A stretch of DNA of 64,000 nucleotides from Anaerolineales bacterium (GTDB lineage: Bacteria > Chloroflexota > Anaerolineae > Anaerolineales > E44-bin32). The position numbers and the translations under genes were made by a program. The notes under the pieces were generated by a model that was not told where the DNA came from, ran no database searches, and worked only from the letters and a program-made list of their open reading frames with translations. Below, piece by piece: positions 27,105 to 36,601 of the stretch; within the stretch, counting starts at the first letter, position 1; every line of letters begins with the position of its first letter. Location: positions 285,013-349,012 of the forward strand of contig DAOUEL010000078.1 of assembly GCA_034430595.1 (NCBI GenBank), in the 5' to 3' direction.

Positions 27105-28211
27105 TCAGTACCGCAGCAATGCACCGATGTTGCCCATCTGGTCCATCTGCGGGTTGTTATGCATAACCTGCACTTCTCCCCCGTTTTCGATCACACGCTG
27201 AATGGCGAATTCAACCGCATCCTCGATGTACTCGAAATCACCACCGCAAAACGGGCAGGCCGGCATGGAACGCATTGAAAGGTAACCACAGTTCTTGCAG
27301 CGGTGGCCGGGAGCCCGGTACCCATCACGGATCACCAGCGTCTGTACCTTGCCGTCATGGACCGCGTCGAGCGTGTCTTCGAGCCTTATCACGCCTCCCT
27401 CGCCCTTGGCGGCAGAGGTGATGATTGACTCTATCAAGCGTTGATCCTTCAACTGCTCGGCCGATTTTGCCAAAGCCATCGCCTTTTCAAGCACCTGGGT
27501 ATGTCCGGCGGTCATTTCGATCGGGAATGTCCCCAGGGTAAGAGATTGCCAGCGTTTCGGTAGCAGGTCGATCAGGCGCTGTGGGATGGGATCGGTGCCT
27601 CCCACCAGCACCCGTCGGACCTGGTTGGTGGTGAAGAATTCGGTGGCAAACTCGGCAGCCTGACGCAAGTTGCGCTCAACCTTTTCATCACCGTCTCGCG
27701 CCGGATCCACGGAGCTGCTCCGTCGACCGGGTGCGCTCGAGCCTCGGCCGTGTTTGCTCGATCGAACGCTTTCACCAGCTGTGCCCTCCTGCGAGACCAG
27801 TTCCCCGAGATGAAAGTGGAATAAACGTGCTCCCTGACTGTCGACGACGGCCACGCCGAAGTGGCCATAATTATCAAGCAGGTCAGCAAGCGGTTTGACG
27901 TAGGGGGTCTCAAGCAAGCGCGCCCTGCTCCGGAGCGGGAGAGCAAAAATGAAATCGTGGAAGAAGCCAACTTCGGCGCAGGAAAACAAAGCCAGGCTGC
28001 GCCCCGAGCCGTCGTATTCGTGATCGACATACCGTAAAACCCGATCGACATCCTGCGGGGCATGGGCCTCATACTCTTTGACCAGCGCGCGCAGCCGGAG
28101 ACGCACAGTGTCGGCGGCGCCGCTCGAGGGATCCACATCCAGATAGACGCTGAGAACAGGGGCGGCGGGTTTAAATGCGATCATGTCCTGCAGAATACGG
28201 TCGCTGAGCAT
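27105..28211 (-). CDS. archaeo-eukaryotic release factor (eRF1/Pelota)-like protein, bacterial clade
   Basis: The central loop SSKHGRGSSAPG...EKVERNLRQAAEFATEFF resembles eRF1 [32 protein letters not shown]. A CxxC...CxxC ribbon (CKNCGY...CPFCGG) is present. The C-terminal ...GNIGALLRY resembles eRF1/Pelota domain 3 ends. Strong AGGAGG SD. Confidence 0.75.
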   Translation of the reverse strand: MLSDRILQDMIAFKPAAPVLSVYLDVDPSSGAADTVRLRLRALVKEYEAHAPQDVDRVLRYVDHEYDGSGRSLALFSCAEVGFFHDFIFALPLRSRARLLETPYVKPLADLLDNYGHFGVAVVDSQGARLFHFHLGELVSQEGTAGESVRSSKHGRGSSAPGRRSSSVDPARDGDEKVERNLRQAAEFATEFFTTNQVRRVLVGGTDPIPQRLIDLLPKRWQSLTLGTFPIEMTAGHTQVLEKAMALAKSAEQLKDQRLIESIITSAAKGEGGVIRLEDTLDAVHDGKVQTLVIRDGYRAPGHRCKNCGYLSMRSMPACPFCGGDFEYIEDAVEFAIQRVIENGGEVQVMHNNPQMDQMGNIGALLRY

Positions 28212-28258
28212 TGCATGCCTCCTGGCTGTCCTGGACGGGTTAAATCAGCCCGCCGAGG

Positions 28259-29467
28259 TTAAGGGCGTGGGCCAACAGTCAAGGTGAGTTCAACCTCCTG
28301 GTTATCACGAATAATGGTCAGGGTGATCTCCTGCCCAACCTCGGTTTTCTTGAACAGATAGGAGAGCAGGTCATCGAATTGGCGCACGGTGATCCCATCG
28401 ATGGCGATGATCAGATCGCCACCGGCAAGCAAGCCCGGGATGGCGGTCTCGCGTTCCCCGGCCCGCAAGCCTGCACGATCAGCCGGCCCGCCGGGGACGA
28501 CTTCCGTGATATACGCCCCATAAGTGCTGGTCGTGAAGCCCAGCTCCTCGATCGTCTTTAAATTCCAGCGCTCATCATTCAGGCTGCTGATGCCCAGGTA
28601 GGGATAATCATATTGGCCGTTGCTGATGATGTTCGGGACAACACGCCGCAGCAAATTGACCGGCACGGCGAAACCAACACCCGAGTTGGCTGCGCTTCCA
28701 TCGACGGTAAATGATTCGGTTTGAATGGCCCGGTTGATTCCGATGACCTGGCCTTCGAGATTGAGCAAGGGACCGCCCGAGTTGCCCGGGTTTATGGCAG
28801 CATCGGTCTGGATCAAGTCTCCGGCGGAGAAGATCCGGTTGACGCCGGGGGCGGCCCGCTCTGAAGTGAGAGAGCGACCGATGGCCGAAACGACCCCAAG
28901 CGTCATCGTGCCTGACAGGCCGAACGGATTGCCGATTGCAACGACAAAGTCGCCGACCCGCACAAGGTCCGAATCGCCAAGCGGGAGCGGCGAGAGCTGA
29001 TCAGCGGGAAGATCTACCTTCAAGACTGCGAGATCCGAATCGGGATCGGTGCCTATGAGTTCAGCCCAGGCCTTTGCACCGCTGACGAAATCGACCTCGA
29101 TCTCGACTGCTTCAGCAATCACGTGCTGATTGGTGACGATGTGACCCTCACGATCGATGACAAAACCTGAGCCCTGACCGGTAGGCAAGCTTTCGACCTC
29201 GGCGCTGCCCTGGTGTTCGAAGGACCAGATGGTGACAACGCCGGAATTCGCCAGCTCATACAATCCTGCCAGGTCTGCGGAACCGGACGGGAGCGCTTGA
29301 GCCGGAGCGGGTGGCGAAGCGACTGAGGGCGGAGCCTCGCTCGTGGGCAGAAGAACGGCCTGGCTGGTGGCCAGCGGTGGTTCCGTTTGAGGTGCCAACT
29401 GGATTCCACACGCAAGTGAGCTTAATAGCATTCCAATGAATACAAGAACGGTAACTCGTCTTTTCAT
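28259..29467 (-). CDS. HtrA/DegP-type S1C serine protease with PDZ domain (lipoprotein-type signal)
   Basis: Signal peptide ending LSSLAC. Trypsin-fold motifs HIVTNQHV, DLAVLKV and NPGNSGGPLLN. C-terminal PDZ domain. Confidence 0.92.
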   Translation of the reverse strand: MKRRVTVLVFIGMLLSSLACGIQLAPQTEPPLATSQAVLLPTSEAPPSVASPPAPAQALPSGSADLAGLYELANSGVVTIWSFEHQGSAEVESLPTGQGSGFVIDREGHIVTNQHVIAEAVEIEVDFVSGAKAWAELIGTDPDSDLAVLKVDLPADQLSPLPLGDSDLVRVGDFVVAIGNPFGLSGTMTLGVVSAIGRSLTSERAAPGVNRIFSAGDLIQTDAAINPGNSGGPLLNLEGQVIGINRAIQTESFTVDGSAANSGVGFAVPVNLLRRVVPNIISNGQYDYPYLGISSLNDERWNLKTIEELGFTTSTYGAYITEVVPGGPADRAGLRAGERETAIPGLLAGGDLIIAIDGITVRQFDDLLSYLFKKTEVGQEITLTIIRDNQEVELTLTVGPRP

Positions 29468-29510
29468 CGCTACCTATCCTCAGATTTGGGATCAACCGGG
29501 TGCGGCACTC

Positions 29511-30428
29511 TTATTTGTGCCGCTCTTTTGACAGGGATTCGAACAGCTCGCGTTCTTTTTTAGTAAGGTCCTGAGGCAGTTTAACATCGAGATGTGCGTA
29601 CAGGTCCCCCTGGCCCTTACCGCGCAGTTTTGGCATGCCACGGCGCTTTAATCGGAAGCTCTGATCGGGTTGGCTCCCGGCGGGAATGGTGAGCACGACA
29701 TCTCCTCCCGGCGTGGGGATGGTAACTTCACCGCCGAGAACCGCCGTGTAGAGATCGACCTCAACCTCCGTGTGCAGGTCGTCACCCTCACGCTTGAAAC
29801 GGGCGTCAGGTTGAATGTCGACCACCAGGAAGAGGTCGCCGGATTGACGTTGGCCGCTTTCGCCTTTACCGCTGACACGGATCTTTGTTCCGGTCTTCGC
29901 CCCGGGTGGAATCGTCACCTCGAGCGTTTTTCCATCACGCCGGAATGAGCGTGTAGTTCCCGCATAGGCTTCCTGCATCGTAATCTGAATGGGTTGCTCG
30001 ATATCGCGACCGCGGCTGCTAGCCGTACTGCGCGCCGAGCTCTCTTGGGCACCCGTGCCGCCAAATATGGCATTGAAGAAATCGGAAAATCCCCCCCCGA
30101 ACATTTCGCCCAGGTCGCCAACTTCGACTCGAACGCCGCCGGACGTACCGCCGCCCCACTGCGACCAATCGAAGCCTCCTGGCTGACCGCCCATCCTCTC
30201 CCAATCCTGGTAGGTTGAGCCGAGCTGATCATACTTAGAGCGCTTTTCCGCGTCGCCCAGTACTTCGTAGGCTTCATTGATTTCTTTAAAGCGGGTCTCA
30301 GCCTCCGGATTATCCGGATTCTTATCGGGATGATATTTCAAGGCTAATTTGCGGTACTGGCGCTTGATCTCGTCTGCGCTCGCCTTACGATCGACGCCAA
30401 GAACCTGATAGTAATCTTTGTATTCCAT
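29511..30428 (-). CDS. DnaJ-class co-chaperone without zinc finger (CbpA-like)
   Basis: DYYQVLGV...[15 protein letters not shown]-domain, a G/F-rich region and two beta-sandwich C-terminal domains. No CxxCxGxG repeats. Confidence 0.92.
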   Translation of the reverse strand: MEYKDYYQVLGVDRKASADEIKRQYRKLALKYHPDKNPDNPEAETRFKEINEAYEVLGDAEKRSKYDQLGSTYQDWERMGGQPGGFDWSQWGGGTSGGVRVEVGDLGEMFGGGFSDFFNAIFGGTGAQESSARSTASSRGRDIEQPIQITMQEAYAGTTRSFRRDGKTLEVTIPPGAKTGTKIRVSGKGESGQRQSGDLFLVVDIQPDARFKREGDDLHTEVEVDLYTAVLGGEVTIPTPGGDVVLTIPAGSQPDQSFRLKRRGMPKLRGKGQGDLYAHLDVKLPQDLTKKERELFESLSKERHK

Positions 30429-30451
30429 TGTCCTGCGATCTTCCCCTGTTG

Positions 30452-30470
30452 TGATTCCAGGCTGGAATCA
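30452..30470. promoter_or_regulatory. 19-bp perfect palindrome TGATTCCA-GGC-TGGAATCA upstream of the J-protein/HtrA/eRF1-like cluster
   Basis: Read directly from the sequence. It lies 24-42 nt upstream of the start at 30428, in the divergent intergenic region shared with the REC-GAF gene. Confidence 0.4.
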
Positions 30471-30569
30471 TATGAGGTTCGGCTTCTTTGATTCTAACAC
30501 GCGCTGCCTTCAACCCGGGTGACTACGGTAGGAGAGGGACCGGTTAACATTCCGTGCTATCATACTCAC

Positions 30570-31730
30570 ATGATGGAAGGGATCCGCCTGGAACGCATCT
30601 TGATTGTAGACGAAGATCCGGATACGCTCGACTTGCTGGCGCGTCAGATTCTCAAGCCCCAGGGCTACCAAGTGGCGACAGCAAGCGAAGCAGGTGCTGC
30701 GATTCAGAAGGCACTGCAGTTCGGGCCGGATATGATTATCGCCAGTCTGACATTGCCTGGGTTGAGCGGTAAGGACCTGCTGGTAGCGCTGCGTGCCCAG
30801 GGCACTGATGTCCCGATGCTCGTCACGGCCAAGAAGGGGATGGAGGCTGATGCGATCCAGGCTTTCCGCCTGGGAGCGCATGACTATCTGGTCAAGCCCC
30901 TGCGTGAAGCGGAAGTCATCGCCGCACTTGAACGTGTCATCACCGAGATCCGCTTGCGGCGTGAGCACCGTCAGCTGGCAGGGCAGCTGGCGGAGAGCAA
31001 CCGGCAGCTCGAACGCCGGGTGCGCGAACTGACCACGCTCTTTGGACTCGGAAAGACCGTCACCTCGACGACCCACCAGGGGCAGCTGTTCAACAAACTG
31101 ATGGAGGGCAGCCTGTATGTCACGGAAGCTGACATGGGCTGGGTGCTGCTGCGGATGGAGGACTCGGATACCTTGAACCTGAGGGCCGAGCGCAACCTGC
31201 CAGCGGGAGTGTCTGCCAAGGCTCATCAGGCGTGGGATGACGGCGTTAGTTCGCTTGTCATGCTCTCGGGTGAAGCGCTTGCTATTCATGGAGAAGGGTT
31301 AAGCAAATTCAAGCTCTCACAATTCGCCGGCGCGGCACTAATCGCGCCGATCAAGGTTCGCGACCAGCCAATTGGCGTGATCTGCGTTGCACGTACCTCC
31401 ACACGCCCTTTCACGGAAAGGCAGCTGGTCATGCTCGAGGCGGTGGCAGATTATGCCTCCATTTCGCTGGTCAATGCCAGGCTCTTTCAAGCACTTGAGG
31501 ATCGCGCCCAGCGGCTGGAAAGCCAAATCAAGGGCAGCCGCGGAGAAGTCGATGGGCGCTGGTTAAGCGACGTGCACCGCAGTGTGCGCGCGGCTCAGGC
31601 GGAACTGGCGACAATGATGGATGAAGACAAAGAAGGTATGTTCAAAGGACGTCTGGGCATCGTTCAGGAAGACCTGGACGTGATTTTGGATAAGATCTCA
31701 AAAGTCGGCCCACCCGACGAACAGGCTTGA
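30570..31730 (+). CDS. response-regulator receiver plus GAF domain protein
   Basis: ILIVDEDPDTLDLL...DMIIASLTLPGLSG...TAKK... is a REC domain. A coiled linker and a GAF-like domain follow. The start is trimmed to the ATG at 30570. Confidence 0.85.
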   Translation: MMEGIRLERILIVDEDPDTLDLLARQILKPQGYQVATASEAGAAIQKALQFGPDMIIASLTLPGLSGKDLLVALRAQGTDVPMLVTAKKGMEADAIQAFRLGAHDYLVKPLREAEVIAALERVITEIRLRREHRQLAGQLAESNRQLERRVRELTTLFGLGKTVTSTTHQGQLFNKLMEGSLYVTEADMGWVLLRMEDSDTLNLRAERNLPAGVSAKAHQAWDDGVSSLVMLSGEALAIHGEGLSKFKLSQFAGAALIAPIKVRDQPIGVICVARTSTRPFTERQLVMLEAVADYASISLVNARLFQALEDRAQRLESQIKGSRGEVDGRWLSDVHRSVRAAQAELATMMDEDKEGMFKGRLGIVQEDLDVILDKISKVGPPDEQA

Positions 31731-31817
31731 GGGCTTTTTAGAAAACCACGCTCCCGACCTGGCTACCCCTGCAGCTTAGGCGAATGAGTGTGATCAACCC
31801 ATGGAACGAGGTCCGTC

Positions 31818-33743
31818 TTGAAGATGGATGAGAAGTTGATTCTGCTCGCCGAGGACAACGAAGAAATTCGTACGTTCCTGCAGGAATCGGTGCTCATACC
31901 GGCTGGCTACCGTGTGCAGGCCGTTGAAGATGGGATTGCCGCCCTGGCTTTTGCCCACAGCTTACATCCCCAGCTTGTCGTTACCGATCACCAGATGCCC
32001 AACCTGACTGGCCTGGAGTTGGCAGAACGCCTGCAGCGCGATTTGCCCGAGATCCCTGTCATCTTAATGACGAGCGAGGCGAGCAAAGATCTCATTCTGG
32101 AAGCGCTGCGGGCGGGAGCAGTCGACTTCCTGACGAAGCCATTCGAATCCGAGCAGCTGCTCTCGGCCGTCGGCCGGGCGCTCAAACTCAAACGCCCGAG
32201 GTCACCATCAAGCTCTATTAACCAGGATACCCGCCCAGGAAATGGCCAGCTGGTGCGGCGGGTGAATGAACTCGAAGCGCTCTCGAAGATTGGCCGTACG
32301 GTGACCTCCGTGCTGGATCTTGACCGGGTCTTGACGACCGTGGTTGAAGAATCCGTGCGCTTGACCGGGGCGGAAGAAGGAAGCCTGCTGCTGCTCGAAC
32401 CAGAGAGCGGCGAACTGTACATGCGGGCTTCGAAGAACTTCGATGACGAATTCGCCCGAGCTTTCCGGCTGCAGGTGCACGATTCGCTGGCCGGTGCAGT
32501 GTTAGCGCGCGGTGAGCCGGTCCTGTTGGATGAGAGCTCCCCGCAAAAGATCAAAACTGCATACCTGGTCCATAGTTTAATTTACGTACCGCTGCGGGTC
32601 CATGGCCGCGTGATCGGTGTCCTGGGAGTCGATAACCGCAAAGCCGGTCGAGCCCTCACTCAGGAGGATATAAAGCTTCTAACAGCGATGGCCGATTTTG
32701 CCGCCATCGCGATCGAGAATGCCCAGTTGTATAACCACAGCAACGATCAGCGCCGCAAGCTTGAAACGATCCTGACCCAGTCCGAGAGCGGCCTGATCGT
32801 CGTGGACAACGAAAATCGAGTGCTGCTGATCAACCCCACGGTGCGGTCGATCTTTCATGTTGAGGGCGACTGTGAGGGCCGTTCTGCGGCCGAAGTTTTC
32901 GATGAGCCACGTCTGTTGTCATTACTGCGGGAGGGCGGCGACCTCAACCGGCATGATGAGCTCGCTTTCGAGGATGGGCGGGTGTTCAGTGCAACTCGCA
33001 CTCCGATTCGCGGCATCGGTCAAACGGTCATCCTCCACGACATCACCCATATGAAAGAGCTTGATCGCGTCAAATCGGAGTTTGTCACCACCGTATCCCA
33101 TGATCTGCGTTCACCCCTGACGGCGATTCTCGGCTACGTAGAGTTGATCGACCGTGTTGGACCGCTGACCCCGGAACAGGTTGATTTTCTCGACCGCGTT
33201 CGTTTAAGTGTTGAGCAAATCACAGACTTAGTTACCGACCTGCTTGATCTGGGCCGGATTGAATCGGGGCTCGATACGTCGAAGGAAGATACGCAGTTGG
33301 CAGTCCTGGCCCACTATGCCGTGCAGGGCTTGAAATCTGAGGCTGAGGTCAAGGGTGTCAGGTTGGTCACACGCATCGATTCTGAACTCCCGAAGGTGCA
33401 CGGTGACCCGATTCGGTTGCGTCAGATGATTGGCAATCTACTCAGCAATGCGATCAAGTACACTCCAACCGGCGGCGAGGTTCGACTGGAATTGAGCGTA
33501 GAGGACCAGCAACTTATCCTGCGGATCAGCGATACAGGAATGGGCATCCCCCCTAAAGATCAACCCTTCCTATTCGACAAATTCTTCCGTGCCAGCAATG
33601 TACCGATGGATACCAGTGGTACCGGCCTGGGACTCTCGATTGTGAAGTCAATAGTCGAACAACACGCAGGGCGTATCTGGGTCGAGTCCCAGGTTGGCGA
33701 GGGAACGACCTTCACGGTTGTCATGCCCAGCCTCACCAGCTAA
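31818..33743 (+). CDS. hybrid REC-GAF-PAS histidine kinase
   Basis: REC domain (LILLAEDNEEIR...VVTDHQMPNLTG), a GAF domain, a PAS-like segment, the H-box VSHDLRSPL and an HATPase domain (NAIKYTP...GTGLGLSIVK). Confidence 0.9.
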   Translation: MKMDEKLILLAEDNEEIRTFLQESVLIPAGYRVQAVEDGIAALAFAHSLHPQLVVTDHQMPNLTGLELAERLQRDLPEIPVILMTSEASKDLILEALRAGAVDFLTKPFESEQLLSAVGRALKLKRPRSPSSSINQDTRPGNGQLVRRVNELEALSKIGRTVTSVLDLDRVLTTVVEESVRLTGAEEGSLLLLEPESGELYMRASKNFDDEFARAFRLQVHDSLAGAVLARGEPVLLDESSPQKIKTAYLVHSLIYVPLRVHGRVIGVLGVDNRKAGRALTQEDIKLLTAMADFAAIAIENAQLYNHSNDQRRKLETILTQSESGLIVVDNENRVLLINPTVRSIFHVEGDCEGRSAAEVFDEPRLLSLLREGGDLNRHDELAFEDGRVFSATRTPIRGIGQTVILHDITHMKELDRVKSEFVTTVSHDLRSPLTAILGYVELIDRVGPLTPEQVDFLDRVRLSVEQITDLVTDLLDLGRIESGLDTSKEDTQLAVLAHYAVQGLKSEAEVKGVRLVTRIDSELPKVHGDPIRLRQMIGNLLSNAIKYTPTGGEVRLELSVEDQQLILRISDTGMGIPPKDQPFLFDKFFRASNVPMDTSGTGLGLSIVKSIVEQHAGRIWVESQVGEGTTFTVVMPSLTS

Positions 33744-33757
33744 AGCGTTCGATGAAG

Positions 33758-33794
33758 AACAAGCGCGGCCCTTTAGGGCCGCGCTTGTTGGTTT
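33758..33794 (+). terminator. intrinsic terminator
   Basis: AACAAGCGCGGCCC-TTTA-GGGCCGCGCTTGTT followed by GGTTT. Confidence 0.75.
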
Positions 33795-34031
33795 AAACGG
33801 CGCCTCCGCCGGGGCGGTGAGGGGGGTAACCCGGCGGAGGCCTTCGCCAAAGGAGGAGACAGCGATGAGCGTAGGGGTGCCCCGTCTCTCGTCTCCGAGC
33901 GTTATAATACTTGCTCGCGCGCGGGCGGGGTAATGTTGAAGGTCATCGGGGCTGTGTGACTTTCTTCACGAGCAATACCTACATGACAGCCCGGCGTTGT
34001 CCAAGGCCATGGGCGGGAGTGCTCAAGATCG

Positions 34032-35312
34032 ATGCAAGGTGGCGGGAATGAAAAAGATCGGGCAAGGCTCCACCAACGTTTGCGCCGACTGAGCGGAGAG
34101 CGTGGCGCTGGACGCACCCGCAAAATTACACCAAAACCTGCGGAACCTGACGCAAACCTCGGCCAACCGGTCGTAACTACCTCTGGACCAGCTTTCCTGA
34201 TTGAGCAGCTCTACACCCACGACTACGAACACGGTGCCTCTCCATTAGGGCAGCTGCTTCACTTTGATTCGAACCTGGCAGCGAGCGTGGCTCAGGATCC
34301 TGGGTTGGGTGCAGTCGAAGCTGAGGATCTAATCTTTCTCGATACCGAGACAACCGGTCTAGCAGGAGGCGCCGGGACGCTGGTCTTTCTGGTTGGGTTG
34401 GGTCAGTTCACGGCCGGCGGTTTCCAGCTGCGACAATACTTTCTGCGCGATCCGGCTCAGGAACGCGCCATGCTGTTGGCCCTGGGCGAATCGCTTGATC
34501 GTGGGGCTGCCTTCGTCACCTTCAACGGCCGCTCCTTCGACCTACCGCTGCTTGACATGCGCTACCAGATCGCCATCCGGCAGGCTGCCGGCTTGACAGC
34601 CTGGCCGCATCTTGACCTGCTCTACCCCTCCCGCAGGCTCTGGCGCAGGGCCCTTTCGGATTGCCGGTTAGGCACGCTCGAAAAGGAGGTGCTGGGTGTA
34701 CGGCGGACGGAGGAGGATGTGCCGGGCGCCCTCATCCCCGGCATGTACCTCGACTATCTGCGCAGTGGAGAAATCCATGACATGGAACGGGTTGTGTACC
34801 ACAACGCAATCGATATTCTCAGTCTAGTGGCGTTAACCGAGGAAGTGCTCGCCCGCCATCGGGCTGGTGTCATCCCTGATCTCTCCGGCGCAGAAGCGCT
34901 GGGAATGGCGCGCTGGCATCAGCAGCATGGAGAGCTCCGTCCAGCAGAAGCAGCCTATCTGGCTGCGATCGAGACTGGCCAGGATGCGCTGCGGCTCGAA
35001 GCGCTGCGGCATTTCACTGCGCATTTAAAGCATGAGGATCGACGCTCAGAAGCCCTTACCTACTGGAAACGATGGCACGTTCTCGACCCGGGCGATCCGC
35101 AGCCATGCATTGAGCTCGCAAAGTACTACGAATGGCATGATCAAGACCTGAGTCGGGCAGCCGGATGGGCGGAGAAGGCACTGCTGTGCTTGAGCCATTG
35201 GCCGCCAGGCTGGCGGACCGACCAGATCTGGAACGAGGTCCAGCACCGACTGGAGCGTATCAACCGCAAACGGACGCCGCAGCCCTCCCAGGGCTCTGAA
35301 ACGGCAGAATAA
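34032..35312 (+). CDS. RNase H-like (YprB-type) predicted exonuclease with C-terminal TPR-like region
   Basis: LIFLDTETTGLAGGAGTLVFLVGLG...FVTFNGRSFDLPLL...HNAIDILSL are DEDD-like motifs of the YprB/RNase_H_2 family. The tail is helical repeats. Confidence 0.8.
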   Translation: MQGGGNEKDRARLHQRLRRLSGERGAGRTRKITPKPAEPDANLGQPVVTTSGPAFLIEQLYTHDYEHGASPLGQLLHFDSNLAASVAQDPGLGAVEAEDLIFLDTETTGLAGGAGTLVFLVGLGQFTAGGFQLRQYFLRDPAQERAMLLALGESLDRGAAFVTFNGRSFDLPLLDMRYQIAIRQAAGLTAWPHLDLLYPSRRLWRRALSDCRLGTLEKEVLGVRRTEEDVPGALIPGMYLDYLRSGEIHDMERVVYHNAIDILSLVALTEEVLARHRAGVIPDLSGAEALGMARWHQQHGELRPAEAAYLAAIETGQDALRLEALRHFTAHLKHEDRRSEALTYWKRWHVLDPGDPQPCIELAKYYEWHDQDLSRAAGWAEKALLCLSHWPPGWRTDQIWNEVQHRLERINRKRTPQPSQGSETAE

Positions 35313-35371
35313 CCGGCTCGGCCAGGGCCATTAATTTACACGCTCGGGCGTACGAGAACCTCTTCCCGGGG

Positions 35372-35581
35372 TCAATTGATCCGCCAGGTACGCGGCTTGT
35401 AAGCAACCCCTGCCAGATTGGCAAGGGATGCCAGGCTTTCAGCCCGACTCTCTCCTACCGTCTTCAAATGTGCTTCGATCTTGTGTGGGTATTCTCCACC
35501 CCAGGGAGTCATGGTTTTAAGGGCGCGGCAGGGATGGAGAATCGATCGCACGCGAACTCTGACGGCGAGGTTGTCCTCCAT
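35372..35581 (-). CDS. doubtful small ORF (69 aa)
   Basis: It is the only ORF in a 328-bp gap. It has no SD and no recognisable family, so it may be non-coding. Confidence 0.2.
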   Translation of the reverse strand: MEDNLAVRVRVRSILHPCRALKTMTPWGGEYPHKIEAHLKTVGESRAESLASLANLAGVAYKPRTWRIN

Positions 35582-35639
35582 GAAGGTGCTCGTTTAAAGT
35601 TCAATCGTTTGGGGGGCTTGAACGGCGAGAACGTGCCGG

Positions 35640-36563
35640 TCAGGATTCCAGGCTGCTTTCATCCATCTCTTTGCGAACCGCCTGGTACAGGTGCTCGGCG
35701 CGCAGTTCCTGCAGCGTGTAGCACGGTCCACCCAGGCGATCGGCCAGGCTCTGGGCTAATCCCTGATCAAACGCGGCATGCTCCATGTTGATCACGACCG
35801 AGCGAATCTTGGCCTCGCGAATCAGGTCTGCAACAAGCAGAGCTTCTTCCTGTGGGGGTTTCGATCCCATGGAAACATTCCCGGCGCCATCCGTGAGCAG
35901 GATCATCAGGGGCAGGACGTCGGAATGCACGACCTGTTCTTTGCGGAAGGTCTCGTACGCCAGGGTCAAGCCGGCCGAGAGCGGTGTCTTCCCTCCGACC
36001 GGGATATCGATCAGTGCCCGGCGTGCGAGCTCCACGGAGTTGGTCGGTGGCAGGATGGTCAGGGCGCGGTCCTTCTGGAACACGATCAACCCCACCCGGT
36101 CACGCCGCTGATAGGCGTCCGTTAAAAGCGAAAGGATTGCGCCTTTGGTAGCCGACATCCGTTCGGCGACCGCCATCGACCAGGATGCATCGACCACGAA
36201 CAGCACCAGGTTGGCAGCTTTACGGACACGTACCTTGCGCTGCAGATCCTTGGGTAGGATTGCAAAGGAAACGTTTTTTCGCTGCTCCAGGCGAGAACGC
36301 TGGTAGGGTGCGGCGGCGCGAATGGTGGCATCGAAGGCGATGTCGGCTGTTTTTTCGTGGGCTGGTCGTGATTGGATGTAGCGACCGCGCTTGCGGTCCG
36401 TGCGGGTTTGAGTCCTGCGGCCGCTTTGCCGGCGGGTAAGTCGGTCGAGCTGGCCTTCGATGCGGCGCGGGATGAAGGATTTGCCGACTTTAACCTTATC
36501 GCCGCCTTCCCACCAGCGCGCGTTCAGCGACGGGTCTGCCGTCTGGCGTGTCGGCTCGACCAT
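35640..36563 (-). CDS. stand-alone VWA-domain protein (Mg-chelatase subunit D C-terminal-half-like)
   Basis: Basic N-terminus, then a VWA domain with MIDAS residues (VVDASWSM ... LLTDGAGN). It lies 38 nt downstream of the ChlI-like gene. Confidence 0.85.
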   Translation of the reverse strand: MVEPTRQTADPSLNARWWEGGDKVKVGKSFIPRRIEGQLDRLTRRQSGRRTQTRTDRKRGRYIQSRPAHEKTADIAFDATIRAAAPYQRSRLEQRKNVSFAILPKDLQRKVRVRKAANLVLFVVDASWSMAVAERMSATKGAILSLLTDAYQRRDRVGLIVFQKDRALTILPPTNSVELARRALIDIPVGGKTPLSAGLTLAYETFRKEQVVHSDVLPLMILLTDGAGNVSMGSKPPQEEALLVADLIREAKIRSVVINMEHAAFDQGLAQSLADRLGGPCYTLQELRAEHLYQAVRKEMDESSLES

Positions 36564-36601
36564 CCCACGTTCCTCACCGGCTTGTTCTTCCTCATCCGTG
36601 G

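Noticed and set aside
33694-33933. 79-aa ORF spanning the end of the kinase gene, its terminator and the following hairpin.
   Set aside because: It overlaps the kinase 3' end and two strong hairpins. Its sequence is Arg/Ala/Pro-rich with no start context.
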